This document shows, in pieces, positions 36,801 through 50,230 of a stretch of 64,000 nt of DNA (its first letter is position 1; each line of letters opens with the position of its first letter). Below the pieces are notes generated by a model. That model ran no database searches. It was not told the origin of the DNA and worked only from the letters and a program-made list of their open reading frames with translations. The stretch comes from Fonticula alba ATCC 38817 (Eukaryota > Protista > Nucleariida), in assembly GCA_000388065.2 (NCBI GenBank), contig KB932204.1; one strand, given 5' to 3'. Made by a program: the position numbers and the translations under genes.

Positions 36801-37895
36801 TGTCTGGAGGAGGCGCGCAATCTCTTCCTCCCGCGTGGACAGCTGTCGGCTCAGCTGCGCGAGCGTGTGGCTCTCTCGGATGACACGGCCCGCCAGCGGC
36901 AGCTGCTCCTGCGCCGGGAGCGTGCCGAGCGCCGGCGCCTTCGCCGGCTCTACGCCACCAGCAAGCTGCGGAGCCCCTTCTTCACATGCCCAACTGTCTC
37001 GCAACTCGACTGGGACAAGGAGGATGACTTGACCGAGGCCGAGGCCGAGGCCGAGGCCGATGCCCATGAGTCGAAATCGAGCTCGGGATCCGATGCGTCC
37101 AGTGGGGACGATCAGAATCGTGCTTCCCGCGACGTGGTCACCCGCCTCCGGCACATGCCCCAGCGCCCGAAGGAGATTTCCTTCTACGAGTTGTCGGGCA
37201 ATGAGTCGGATTCCGATTCTTCGGCTTCGGATGACCAGTCCGCCCCGGGCTCCAGCAATGCCGTCCGCCATGCATTGTCCGTGGCCTCCATGCTTGGCGG
37301 ACACTCCGAGGCCGACATTGACCGGTTCTCCGAGCGCATGGCCTCGGCCTCCGGGGCGACGGGCACCGCCACACGCCCGGATGTCGACGAAGATCCGGAG
37401 GACGAGGATGACGCGTATACTCGGCTGATGGATGGCAGCCTGTCGCATGGGGATGATGATTACAGGGATCTCTCCGACGAGGATGACGATGATGGTGATG
37501 ACGATCCGGACGTCGGCCTGGAGGATGACAGCACCGATAGCGATGAGTATGATGATGCTCTGGAGTACCATGATGGTGATGGCCTGACGGAGGAACCGTA
37601 CACAACCCTGTCCGAGCGCCGGGCATACCGGACGGACTTGCGTCGGGAGAAGCGCACTCGCGAGCGGAAGGCCGATCGGTCGCTCTTCCGCCAGATGCGC
37701 AAGCAGAAGATTGCCCAGAAGTTTGAGCGCCGAATGGCCGGCAACCACCTCCATGACCCGAGCCAGCTGCCGAATCGGCCTCCTCGCCACCACCATCACC
37801 ACCAGCAGCATGGGGGTGGCCATCGCCAGGCCGGCCCTCGGGGGGGCGCCGCTCCTCCGCCCCGGAAGAAGATCAAGACCACGGTTTGGATCTGA
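33819..37895 (+). CDS. TRF4: Non-canonical poly(A) polymerase Trf4/PAPD5 (TENT4) with long acidic/basic C-terminal tail
   Basis: LHEEILDF, FGS..TRLYLPSGDIDLV (GS and DxD), ARVPIIK, IDISFD, NEVFTGGLSSY, NLGLALIEFMELYG, SLEDPQDDSNDVSRGSY. The start codon is uncertain. Confidence 0.95.
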
Positions 37896-38484
37896 AAGCG
37901 GCATATCAGCTCCGGCGAAACATGCATCCTTCGGCCATGCATCTTGCCTCTATACTCAGTGTGCCAACATGTTGTCATATTCCCCCAGCGGAGCCCCAGG
38001 CACACACACACACACGCGCGCGCGCGCGCGCGCACACGGGTCCCGCATCATAATACACATCCATAGAGTGACGGAACAGCGGGTCGCCAGACACATGGCA
38101 GGCGAGAAAGAAGGAGGGGCGAGACAAACCACAGGCAAGGCAGGGAGCCACGGGTCCGACACATCGCGCTGGCAGAAACCGGCAGAGAATCTCTCTCTCT
38201 CTCTCACTCACTCTCTCTCTCCCTCTCTCTCTCTCTCGAAAAAGGGGGGGGGGATGGCAAAAGTCCCCGCCGCAGATGGGCTGTATATTGGGACATTTCA
38301 AAAGGGGGATACACAAGGGGGGGGGGGGGGGAGAAAGGGCATGCGAGGAAGCGCAGGCCGGATGGAGCAGCAGGGGAGGGGTGTCTTTCTCTCGGAGGGT
38401 ATTTCCTTCACATCCTCTCGGGCCGCAGTTTGTCTCACACGGTGTGAACGACATCATGAAGGGAGGGGGGGGGGGGGATTGCCC

Positions 38485-41400
38485 TCAGTAGTGGGTGCCA
38501 GTACCAGCGGTGGTCGGGGGGCCCCCGCGCGCGGGGGAGCCCATGGTGGAGGCCATCTGGCCGATGCCATTGAGAGTGGTGTTGGCGCGGGCCCGCTGGA
38601 CCGCCTCATGCCGGGCCAGGCCGAGGGCGGACTCGCGGGACCCGGCACGCAGCGGATCCGCCGCGGTGACCCAAGCGTCGGACGTCGTGGCGTCGAGGCT
38701 GCGCGCAATGACCCGGACGTCCGACCGGCCGGGCTCGTGCTGCTGCGGAACCGCCGCATCAACGCCGGCAACCCCCGCCGGAATGAGGAAGCCCGATCCG
38801 CCGGCCGAACCGCCAGAGCTCCTGGACTCCGAAGGGGCAGCATGCAGGACAAAGACATCCGCCGGCCCGGGGGCCAGGGGACCGGCCAAACTGGCCATCG
38901 CCGTGGGCAGAGCCGCTGCCGGCAGCGGCCAGTAGTCGGCGATCGTGTGCGACACCAGGATGGCCGCCGATTCCGACGCGTCACCAGCATTGGTGTAGGT
39001 CAGGAGATACGGCCGACGGAGGACCGCGTACCGGCGGACCCACTGGAAGGCCGGAGCCCCTGGAGCATCTGGCCCCGGGACCAACAGGTTCAAGTAGCCC
39101 TGGCAGGTGGCGCGATCAAGCTTGGCCGTCTCCACCAGATCGGAGTAGATGGCGAAGCCCAGTGTCCCGGGCTGCGACAGCTCACCGGTGTCGGCGTCGG
39201 CGTCGGCGCCGGCGCCGGCGCCGGCTTCGGCGGTGTCACTCATTTCGACCCCATCGGCTTGGATGCCGAGGTTGGGGTCGACGTCGGCGCCCGCATCGAC
39301 AGTGTCCTCGCTCTTGGCGGGGGATTCCCCCTCGGAGGCCGATCCGGCGACAGACTCCGCCGATCCGGAGGCCGGATCGGCAGAGCTGTCCGACATCCGG
39401 CCAGCTCGGTGTGCCAGCAGCGCGACCACACGCGCCAGGATACGCTGCTGGCGCTCCTCCTGGGTCTCGGTCGAAGCGGGGCCGGCGACCGGCGGCTCGA
39501 TGTCATCCGCTTCCAGCATCTGCTCGAGCTGGTCCATTTGATCTTGCTCCAGCGAGGTCAGCAGCTGGCGAGTGCGCTCAGCCGCCGCGGCGGCCTTGGC
39601 CCGGACACGCAGGCGCTGAGACAAATCCACCAGCTCCGCGCTCAGTGGCTTCCACCAGCCCTGGAGGACCTCCTCACCGCGGACATATGGCCGGCTGGGG
39701 TCGCCAGCGCGGGCGCCGCGAGCTCCGGCACCGGCCCCCGGGCCCCCCGCCGACATGCTGGCCGCATCGACTGCCCCAAGGCGAGAGGTCTCATCGAAGG
39801 CCAGGCACCGTGGCCGGGCCAAGATGGAGCTCGGGCCGGCCCCGAGGGCCGAATAATGCGGACCAGCCGACGCCGAGGCCGACGTCACGAGGGTATTCCC
39901 CGTGCCGAAGGGGGACGCCAGCACCGGCGGCCGGGCCACCAGCTCCCGGCTATTGAGAGGCATGTGCAGCAGCGCCAACTCATAAAGCCCGGTAACCCGG
40001 GAGGCGGTCCGGCTGGCCGGGGCTCCGAGCTCGGCCGAGGCGGCGGCCGCCGCCTGGCCCGACGCCGAGGCGGCCTCCCCGCCGCCGGAGCCACTGAAGA
40101 GATCCGAGAAGAAGGACCGCGCACGGCTGGCCACATGTGCCGCACGCGGCGATGCCAACAGCGACCCCAGCAGGCCCGCCGACGGGGGAGGCGGGGTGCG
40201 CAGGACCGCCGCATCACGCGGATACACACGGAACAGCAGCTCCTTCGACAGGGTGAGCGGGCCACGGGGCAGGTGGATGCTCGGCTGCCCGGGGCCGACT
40301 TCCACCTGGGACGGACCCCCCGGCGTGCCCGGGGCGCCGATCAAGTGGAGGCTGACATTCAACTGGACGGAGGCCAGCTCCGTCGGCTCCAGGGCAATGC
40401 GACTCAGCACGCGAGAGTCATGAAGCGCCGAGGCCCAGGACAGGGTGGCCGAGGCGCAAGTCGGCCCGCCTGGGCGTCCAGCTCCAGGGCTGGCCCCCGG
40501 CGACTCGGGCGCCACCGACTGCAGATCGATGGCAGTGGCAGACCCGACGGCGGCGCCATCGCCGCTGGAAGCGGCCCCGGGCGCCAGGGACCGGATCCGG
40601 TTGACATTCACCGAGCCGATGGCCACATGGAAGGGGATGCGCTGGGGGGCCGGACCATCGGCCGGATCGGCCGGCACGTCTCCGAGAGCCAGCGACCGAA
40701 GCAACACCGGCCCGGTGGGGCCAACCACCGCCACATACAGGCGCAGGCGGCGCTGGACACCCTGGCGGACGAGGAAGATGCCGCGAGTGGCAGACTCGCG
40801 CCCGGCCACCGCGGCCGCGGTCACGGGCCCCCGAGGGTCGGCCTCGCCCTCCACCTGGGCCAGGGTATGCGGCTCCATGGACACCGGCACCGAGGCATAG
40901 TCTCCCGTCCAGTCCTGCTCCAGGACCTCAACCCAAAGCAGCAGCGTATGGTAGGAGGCCGCCGAGAGCAGGGCCCCGGCCGGCAGAGGACGCGGGGTGT
41001 CGGGCGCCGCCGCCGCCGCCGAGGTGGGACTAACCGGCACGGCCGGGGCCGCAGGCGTCACGCCGAGCTGGCGCACCAGCTGCGCATGGTTGTACTTGAT
41101 CGGCGTTTGCAGATGCCCGAAGAGATCCACCTCGATGGCACCCCCGGCCAGGGGGGACCCGCTCTGCAACAGGGCCAGCCCCTCGGCCAAGGACGCCGAC
41201 ATCGGGCCCAGATCCAGATACCGGACCCAGGCGGGAGCCGCGCCGTCGTCGGCGCCGGACCCCACGCCGGGTCCCGCCTCCTGCAGCGGCCGCAGCGGGA
41301 TGACCCCGGGCGGCGTGGCCAGGACCGTCTGGCCGAAGCGCAGATTCAGATAGGCCTCCGTCGGCGGAGACACCTGGCCATGCTGGTTGTAGAGCGAGGC

Positions 41401-44400
41401 AAACTGGTCCGCCGGGTGGACGCCCTCCAGGTCGAGGACAATGTCGCTGACCGACAGACGAAGGAGAACCGGCTCATCGGCGGCCGGGCCGCTGGCTGAC
41501 AGCGCCCGAGCCACGAGACCACGCTGCAGCGAGGCACCGGCCACATCCTCATCCTTGCCGGAGAGGGTGGCAGGGGCGGCAGGCGCGCCGGGCTCACCAG
41601 CGAAGCCAAGCTCCGCCCGCACCGGCAACATGTCGGCATCGGCCGATGTGGCTGGCGGCAGGCCATCCGGCGACACACGGTGCAGGGCAACCCGGACGAA
41701 GCCCACCACTCGGCCATGCTCATCGAAGAGCGACACCTCGGTGTCCAGCAGGAGCAGATCATCCGCCTCGCCCGCGGCCCAGGCCATGTGCGTCGAGAGA
41801 ACACGCCACAGGTACAGGTGGCCGGAGCCCAGGCGACTGAACCAAGACCCGGAGGCGGAGAAGGGATCGTGCATGGCGGGCCCGCCGGCACGACCGACAG
41901 GACCACGCGACAGGGCCAGCTGACGCGGGGTCAGGCCGGGGCCCGGGGCCGGGCCGGCGGCGGGCCCGGCCAGACGGGCCAATTGCCGGTTCGAAGCATC
42001 CAGACCCGCGGCGCCGGCAGTGCCGCCGCCCGATGCGCGAGCCATCTGCGTGATGAAGATCGTGAAGGAGGTCGGATCTTGGAAGATATCCCGCATGGCA
42101 TGCAGGCTCATCAGGAACTTGTCCTCCGACCAAAGGTGCACCTGGCCCAGGCGCGAATCGTACACCCGGATGGCCAGCTCCGGCGACGGGAGCACCGGGA
42201 GATGCGACTCACTGGAGGGCTCACTGGTGGCCCCGGCGGCGGCCTGGGCCAACAGGCGGCCGGCCTGCTCCCACGGGCTGCCCACATCCCCAGCCAAGCC
42301 GGCATCATGCGCCGGGGTGGAGAATGGCGAGCCCGGGTCCGAGATGACAAACTGCAGGGCCACACCGCGATTCAGCTCAGCCGAGATGACATTCGCCTCG
42401 GTCAGCATCGGGGTCAATTGGGCCATGCGCCGGCGGAGAGTCGACCGCCGACAGGCCTTCCAAACGACCAGGGCCCGCCGGGCCAGGGCCGCCTGCTCCG
42501 GCGACAAGGGCGGCTCGGCCGGGGGCTCCTCCGCCGGGGAAGAGGTGCCGTTGGTGGCCGCGGCCGCGGCGGCCGCGCGCAGCGCCGAGTTCGAGCTCTC
42601 GATTTCCTGCATCCGAGCTTGAACCTCGGCCACCTGGGCGGCCACGGCCTGGCGCTCGGACTCGAGACGCTCCTCCTCGGCGCGAATGCGCGCCTCACGC
42701 TCGGCCGACACCGCCTCCACGGCGGCCATCTGCTCGGACAGCTGCTGCTGGCGCAGCTCCTCCAGGGCAAAGGCCCAGTCGGCGATCGGCTGCTGCGCCG
42801 CCTCCCCCGAGGAGGGGGACTCGCCCTCGGTGGCCGCCGTGGTGGTGGACGCCGCCGCCGACTCACGCTGCGCGCGAACCTCAATCGGGTTGGTGAAGCG
42901 GAAGACATAGTGCAAGCCGAAGATCAGCCGATCGCCGGACTTCAACAAGACACCCATCGGGCCGGGCTGCTTGGCAGCGTCAACCGCGGGAGGAGCCTCC
43001 TCGGTGGCATCGGCCGCCGCGGGAGGGCTCGCCTCTGAGGCCGCGTCATCGGGCTCAGCCTTGGTGGCACCATCGTCGCCGGCCTCCGGGGCAGCGGCTG
43101 CCGAAGCGCCGGCCCCGGGCGCGGAACTCGAGGCACCATCCTCCGCGGCCAAGGGCTTGCCATTGATGTAAACAGGCGCATCCGGGCTCGCCAGGCGCAG
43201 GCGCACCGAGAGACCATCCTCGCTGGTCTCGAAAATGCAGTGTTCCTTGAGCATCCGGGCGCCACCGAGAACAATGTGCGCTGGGCGCTCCTGTCGAAGG
43301 GGGAAAGAGGGAGGAGGAAGAGAGGAGGTGAGAAAAGCCGAGAAGGTATGAAAGGGAGCGGGGGGGGGGGGGGCGGTGGTAAGTGAGTTGCAACACGCAC
43401 CGAGCCCACGAGCGTGGTGCCACCCAGGCGCAAGTTATACAGGAGACACTCGTTCATCAGGGGGTCCTCATTGAGATTGACCAGATGCGGCTGGAGTCGA
43501 GGGGCCGACACCTCGGCCAAGCCGGGCGATCCCTCGGCCGGCGAGGCGGGGCCCAGGGACACACCCATGTCGGCCAGCGCCTCGGCGCGGGACCGGGCCA
43601 CGGCCTCGGTGCGCTCACGCTTCGTCTCAACAGACTCGCTCAGCTCCTCGACCAGACGCTCGGAGGCGCGGATCTGCGCGGCAATGTCTGCCGGGCGAGA
43701 AGGGAAGAAAGAAAAGGACGGAACTGAGTCAGCAACCAACACATGCACCGCCGGAACCACCTGAAGCGCAGTGCCAAAGGCAGAGATGAGGAGGGGGGAA
43801 GGGATGGGCGGGGGGGGGGGGGGAATGAAAAGTCTCCCTTGTGAACATACCACGATCGGAGCCAGATGCCAGAAGAGCCGAGGGCGAAGTCATCAGGCCG
43901 TCGGCCAGCTGACCCGAGGAGGGAGAGGGCGACACCGGGCCGCCGGCTGAGGCCTCCGATGCCGAGGTAGCGGTGGCAATGGTTGCCGGCTTGGCGGCGG
44001 GCGAGGCAACTCCGGGAGCAGGCTTGGCCGGGCTGGCAACCACCGGCAGCTCGATGCCGTGGGACATTAGGTGCGCGCGCAGGCGGGCCACCTCCTCCCG
44101 CAGCTCACGAATCATTCGAGCATTCTGGTCCTCGTTGACAGTGGCCTTGTTGACAATGCGCTTGGCGCGGTCGGCGTAGCTACACAAAAGAGGGTCGAGG
44201 CAAAGGGGCAGGGGAGGCGGGGNNNNNNNNNNNNNNNNNGGGGACATGGCAGGGCGGCCGAAAGAACGACCGTTGACAACAGGGAGGGGGAGAGAGAGAG
44301 AGAAGGAAAGAAAGTGGGGCATGGCGTACCGCAGTGTGCTCAGAGTCTCATCGTAATTGATCTCGGCCGGCGAGAGAGCCGCCAACATGCATGTTTTGGA

Positions 44401-45886
44401 GTTACCACCGAGATTGTCCTTCAGCAGCCAGGTGAGCACCGAATCACGGTACGGAATGTGGATCTTCTTTTTGGGATCGGCAGACATGTCGGCCAGGGCG
44501 GAAATGACCATGCCCAGGGCCGTCAGGGACTTGTTGATGTTGGACCCTTCGCGAAGTCGAGCGCCAGTGGCACCGGTGGAATCGGCGCGCTCGGAACCAG
44601 CCAAATCCACCAGCGCGATCTTCGACACCTTCTCAGCCACCAGGCCAGTGGCAAGGTCCTTCTGCCGCTGGGTCATGATCATGGTGAAGACGGCGTGCGA
44701 CCGGGAGGACGTCTCGTTCATGTTGGTGGCGGCCACCGTGCGCGCCTTGTTGCCCTCATCCATCAGACGGTCGATGTCGGCGAAGGAGGAAACCAGGACC
44801 TTGGCCAAGCCCTCGACGTAGGGGCCCAGGGTTTTGTGCTCGCGAACACGGAGTTGGTCACTGGGAGGAGGGGCAGACACACCGGCAGAGGGTCAGCCCA
44901 TGGACAGCGGGAAAAGGTCAAGCGGAGGGGGATGGGCCGAGCAGGGGAGAGTTGGCGGGGCGGGGCGACGCACGATCCCTTGGGATTGAGGAGATCCTTG
45001 ACTTTCTCGTTGTAAATTTCCAGATAGCTCACCTCGACAGTGTAGTTGAGATCAGGATCGGAGTTCTGCTCGATGCGGCTTTGGATGGAGGGAAGGAGGG
45101 GGAAGGAGAGAGAGAGAGAGGGGGGGGGAGAGAAGGAGGGAGAGAGGGGAAGAGGCAGGGATGACGGGAAGGAAGGGAGTTAGTGGTGAGACGGATGCTT
45201 GATGCAGTGCGGGGTGACGACCAGGGCGCACCTGAAGATCTCCTCGCAGATTCGAGGAATCAGGCCGCGCTCGGGGCCATAGCCCATCATACTGTAGGAC
45301 TTACCGGAACCCGTTTGGCCATAGGCAAACAGGCAACAGTTGTAGCCCTGTGCCACCCAATGGCCGGGGGGAAGGGAAGGATGGAGACAGGTGTCAGAAT
45401 GTGCATGTGCATGTATGTGCGTGCACGTGCACGCGTGCGCGTGTGGAACAATGACATCAGCGAAGAGGGAGGAGGATGTAGAAGAGGAGGAAGGCGCACA
45501 TCAAACGAGTGGTTGACCATCTCGACACCGATCTCCTGGTAGACGATCTCCTGCGATGCGTAGTTTGGCGCCTCGGCATCGAAGGACCAGTAGGAGTTGT
45601 CGAAAGCATAGTCATGGCGCTTGCCCTGAGCGACGGGGAGTGCAGCGGGAGCAAGGGAGGGGCCGGGAGGGGGGGAGGGGGGGGGGGACAAAGCAAATGG
45701 TTAGCATTGGAGAAGCGGCCTGCCGGGAAAAACAACATGCACGAGATGCGCAAAGGGCGGGCGGAAACGGACGTTGTGCTCGATCGTGGTCGACTGGCCG
45801 TTCATGCTGATGACGCGCTTGGATTTGGCGGCCTTCTCGCGGCCGTTAAACGGCCGCACGCGAACGAACACCTTGACCGAGGACAT
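38485..45886 (-). CDS. KIF1: Kinesin-3 (KIF1/Unc-104-like): motor, FHA, coiled coil, C-terminal PH domain
   Basis: [113 protein letters not shown]. Confidence 0.94.
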
Positions 45887-48241
45887 GGTGACTTCGGAGG
45901 CGGACGGACGGGAGGTGACGTCCCAGACGCCGCGCGGCAGAGCACTCCTGCTGAAGGGGGATCACAGGGGGGGGAAGGGGAGGAAGGGGGGAGGGCCGGG
46001 CTGGAAGGGAGGGAGGGAGGAGTGATAGGGAGGGGAGAGCGAAATGGGGGGGGGGGGAGGGGGAGGGGAAGCAGAAGGTAAGCCCTGACACAGTCTGCCG
46101 ATGGTGAGGAATGGCTGCCTCCGGCTCGGGCAGCGAGAATACACCTTCTCTTGGAGAGGAGACCGAGTGAGCCACCTGCTGGGGGGCTGCCTTGGGGAGG
46201 AATGCCTCTGCCAACCGGGCCGGGGACAGCGCGACCACCCAGATCGGGCACCTCTTCGCATCCTTGTGTCCCGGCCAAGTTGCGACTCTGTCCCTTCACT
46301 CGCACCACCGGCTCGCGGCCGCACGCGCGCACGCACGCACGCACGCAGACACACACAGACACGCACAGACACAGCTCTGGGCTCCAGGATGGGCAGATGC
46401 ATCTCACCGGAGAAGGGAGCCATAAACAGGGAAGCCCCAAGCGGGTGGCTCGCCAGCGCCACTCCGCGCCCGGGTACGGGTTTGGGTGGTGACTGAGGGG
46501 GGAGTTAAAAAAAGGCAGGCATGTATCCCCTCCCTGCGAGTGCCGGCGACGGGAGGCAGACCAACGGCTCGGATAGGTGCCCTGCACACTCGGGCAGCTG
46601 CAAGAGGAATGTGTCGGGGTATGCATCGGGGGGAGGGAAAACACGAATGCACACACACACACACACTCGGACACTCAACGGGAGGGAGAGAGAGAGAGAG
46701 ATACATTCGCACTTGTGCCCTCCCCTTTGCACGGGCATGGACACACCCACACAGGAAGGCCTGCCAGTTGGGGCAGAAACCGGGCCCGACCCGCTGGCGA
46801 ACTGCACTTGCAACCGGCGTGGAGGAGAGGGGGAAAACAAGACAGGGCCACTCACGCAAGCAGATCGGTTCGTTGGTACACCAGACGCTGTGGCGGGGCG
46901 GCGGAGGGAAAATAACGACCCACAAAGGGATCGCCGTCCAGAGAAACCAGGGCACGGCGGCAAAGCGCGGAGGAGGGGGGGGGGGGGGCGGGGCGGGGGA
47001 TTCGGAGGCGGGCATGGGATGGTGCTGCAAGGCCGACCAACATCGGCTCAGGGCGTCCCCGCGCGTGGAAGCCCACACACCGACAAGCGCCCGGCCCTCG
47101 GCCAAGTGTGCCCCCCCCCCCCTATACTCGGCGCATGAATGCTAGGCGCTTCCACTGCCCGGAAAGGGTCTGAGTCAGTCACAACAACCGCCCCCCAGGC
47201 CGGCACCTCGCGGGCCTCGACATGGTATTCAGGCGGCCGGCGGGTCTAAGTAAATATAACCAGGAAAAGGGCCGCCCGAGATGGGCGCCGCCCGCGTCTC
47301 TCCCTCATGCGGGTCGGCAACAACGCGCTCCCGCGACTGGCGGTCGCCCCAGCCGAAAGGGATCTGACTGTTCTGAAGCTCCCTTTGCCCGTGACTACAT
47401 CACGGTATTACCGCGTCGGATCATGCCACCAATATCGCAACACTCTGACGAGCCCAACGAGGTCCGAACCCCATTGAACACTCTGGACGGTGGTCTCGCC
47501 CCGAGGCGGGGTGCCAGACTTCCCCCCCCCCTCCCCCCGGTGGGGGCGCGCCAGGCCGGCGGAGAAGCGGGCAGGGCCGGCGCAGGCGGGTTGGAAACGC
47601 AGGCAGCCACACCCTGCGCTCTGTCAGGTGGGCCATCCGTTTTTGCATGGGCCCGGCGAAGCGGGTGGCCGGAAGGGTAAGCGTGCGGCCGGAGCAACGA
47701 GGCACAGCGGGGGGGGGGGGGGGGGGCGGCGGCAGCGGGCAGAAACGGCCACGCGAGGCTCGTGCCTTGGTGTGGGGGAGATCTGCCGCCGCCACACCAG
47801 GTGCCCCCGGACCGGGCTGGCCAGCCCGGTATGCCTCGGCGTGCAAGGGGGCATGTCCGGAGCCCCTCGCCCGTGCGTTGAGGGGGCCCCGCGGCCCGCC
47901 CTGGGGCGTAAACACCGCTCCGCCCCCTGTGGGTGAACGTGTGCCGGGGGGCCGTCGTGCCCAGGTGCAAGGGGTAAGCAGTGGTCCGGGGTGGGAGGGG
48001 AAAGTCAATGGGGGCGCACTGCACGCACAGGCGCGCACATCCCCCCCCCCCTTTGGGCGTGTCTCTGGGTGCATGTGTGTGTGTGTGTGTGCCAGTGGGC
48101 GCGCATATGACGCTGTCCAATCCAAAGGGCAGGCCCAGTGATGGCCCGCGGTCTGCCAAGCCCCAGACAGAACCCCCTCCACCTTCCCTCCCCTTTTCCA
48201 CCCCCCCCCCCTCCATCCTTCCCCTCCGCATTACTGTAACT

Positions 48242-49009
48242 ATGCTCTCCCGCTTCGCCTCTCTTCAGCGCGCTGTGCCCCTGCTTTCGGCCGCCGCCCC
48301 CCGGCGCTTCTACCACCCGAATGTCATCGACCACTACGAGCGCCCGCGCAACGTCGGTCTCCTGGACAAGAAGTCCTCTTCGGTCGGTACCGGCCTTGTC
48401 GGTGCCCCGGCCTGTGGCGATGTCATGCAGCTTCAGGTTGATGTACGCCTGGAGCGAGACAGAGAGGGAGAGAGAGAGAGAGAGATCTCTCCCAATCCAA
48501 ACCCCAGCCCCCCTTGTGCCCATCCTTGTCCCCCTCCCTGTGCCGCCAATCCTAACCGCACATCTCCCCCACCCCCCTACCTCCCTCCGCACACCAGGTT
48601 GATGAGAACGGCCGCATTCGCGATGCCAAGTTCAAGACTTTCGGCTGTGGCTCGGCCATCGCCTCCTCTTCGCTGGCTACCGAGTGGATCATCGGCAAGT
48701 CCCTGGACGAGGCGGCTGCCATCAAGAACAGCGACATTGCCAAGGAGCTTTGCCTCCCTCCGGTCAAGCTCCACTGCTCCAGTACGTGGCCCCCGCCTTG
48801 CCTACATGTTCCCCAAGGGGCCCACTGTCGGACTTTCGATGTCTTCCCAGGCATGCGTGCGCATGCGCATTGATTTTGTGTTAACACGCCCATCCTCCCC
48901 CTTCCGCACCCTCCCCTGCACTCGCACAGTGCTCGCCGAGGAGGCCATCAAGAAGGCCCTCAGCGACTATGAGAAGAAGCAGGCCGCTCTCAAGGCTGCT
49001 TCGGCCTGA
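48242..49009 (+). CDS. ISCU: Mitochondrial Fe-S cluster scaffold IscU/Isu1; exons 48242-48442, 48598-48781, 48930-49009
   Basis: [52 protein letters not shown]. Presequence [11 protein letters not shown]. Confidence 0.98.
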   Translation: MLSRFASLQRAVPLLSAAAPRRFYHPNVIDHYERPRNVGLLDKKSSSVGTGLVGAPACGDVMQLQVDVRLERDREGEREREISPNPNPSPPCAHPCPPPCAANPNRTSPPPPYLPPHTRLMRTAAFAMPSSRLSAVARPSPPLRWLPSGSSASPWTRRLPSRTATLPRSFASLRSSSTAPVRGPRLAYMFPKGPTVGLSMSSQACVRMRIDFVLTRPSSPFRTLPCTRTVLAEEAIKKALSDYEKKQAALKAASA

Positions 49010-49419
49010 GCGCGCCCCCCCCCCCCCGCCCCGTACCCTCTCGCGAGCCACCAGTGCAACTTGAAAAAAAAAATAACACGCGACACAGGGGCGCAACCCC
49101 CTCTCTCCCGCCAGGGTACAACTTGAGAGTCTCTTCCCTCCCTCGGTGATGTTGCCCCTCCCATGCCCGCGGGCTGTCCCTGCGCCCGGCGCTCGGCCCT
49201 CCGGCCATTGATACAGGAACAAACATAGAGCACCTCGCACATCTGAATGTAAAATAGTTCTCCACCGGTTGTTGTCTATCCTTTTGCTTGCGGCCTGCCT
49301 TTTTTTTTTTTTTTTGGTGTCCCGTTCGGGGAGAAGAGGGCAAGGGCGGACTCACACGCATGCATTGGTCAAGGAAAAATGGTGCCGGACTTGTGAGCAT
49401 GCTTGGCCCCACCACACAC

Positions 49420-49491
49420 GGTTGAGTGGTGTAATGGTTATCACGGCAGACTCTGAATCTGTCAATCCGAGTTCGATTCTCGGCTCGACCT
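49420..49491 (+). tRNA. tRNA-Gln(CTG): tRNA-Gln, anticodon CTG, intronless
   Basis: Acceptor stem GGTTGAG/CTCGACC, anticodon arm GCAGA-CT-CTG-AA-TCTGT, T arm CCGAG-TTCGATT-CTCGG, followed by a T-run Pol III terminator. Confidence 0.97.
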
Positions 49492-50230
49492 TTTGCTCCT
49501 TGGGGCACCGGTCCTCCATTGCTCTTTTGGCCACACGGAAGCAGGAACAGGCACACAAGCACGACCGAGGGGGCGGCGAAAGGGACCAAGACAAAGACAT
49601 GCCCCGCGAGACTTGAACAGGGCGGAGGAGGGGCAACCGCCCGAGGGCCCCGTTCGCGGCACGACGCCTGGCGTGCCAGCCCCCGCTCCCTCTTAAGATG
49701 ATCTCCGCGCGGAGATGGCTGGTGGGCACGCTCCGCGGGGAGGGGGGAAAAAATATTCCGGAAAAGGGCAACGGTGTATATGGCAGCGGGGAAGCACAAA
49801 GAGAGGGAGAAGAATATATGAATACAGGAGGGTGGCGCGTCGAGAGGGAGCGGGAAGGACCCGCGCACCCCGAGAGACCTCCAGGAGGGGGGATGATGCA
49901 CACACACACACACATATACACACGCACGCGCGCGCGCGCGCGCGCGCACGCCTCGGCACGAATGGTGGTGTTTGAAAAGGGGAGATCACGCTCGGAACCC
50001 AGTGTCTAGCAGGCTTGCGCGAGGCGCGAGCGAGGAGGGGGGAGAGAGGGTGGGGGCCGACGGCCAGGCGTCTGAAAAGAGGGGAGAGACAGCAGAGGGC
50101 ACGGCGCTCGCTCTGGCTGAGACCCGCTCGAGGGAGGAAAGAAGGGGAAGGGAGAAGCACTGCATGTCCGTCCACGCGCGCGTATGGGGAGGGGGGGGGG
50201 AGGAAAAGGGAAGGAAAGGTCTGGCGCCCT

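Noticed and set aside
47404-47415. GTATTACCGCG, complementary to the SSU rRNA 530 loop
   Set aside because: Only a 9-11-nt match, with no C box or correctly spaced D/D' box and no extended rRNA similarity.
47159-47520. RNase P-like GGAAAGGGTCTGAG with a downstream CAGAC
   Set aside because: CR-I is imperfect, and the CR-II, CR-IV and CR-V contexts are missing or out of order on both strands.
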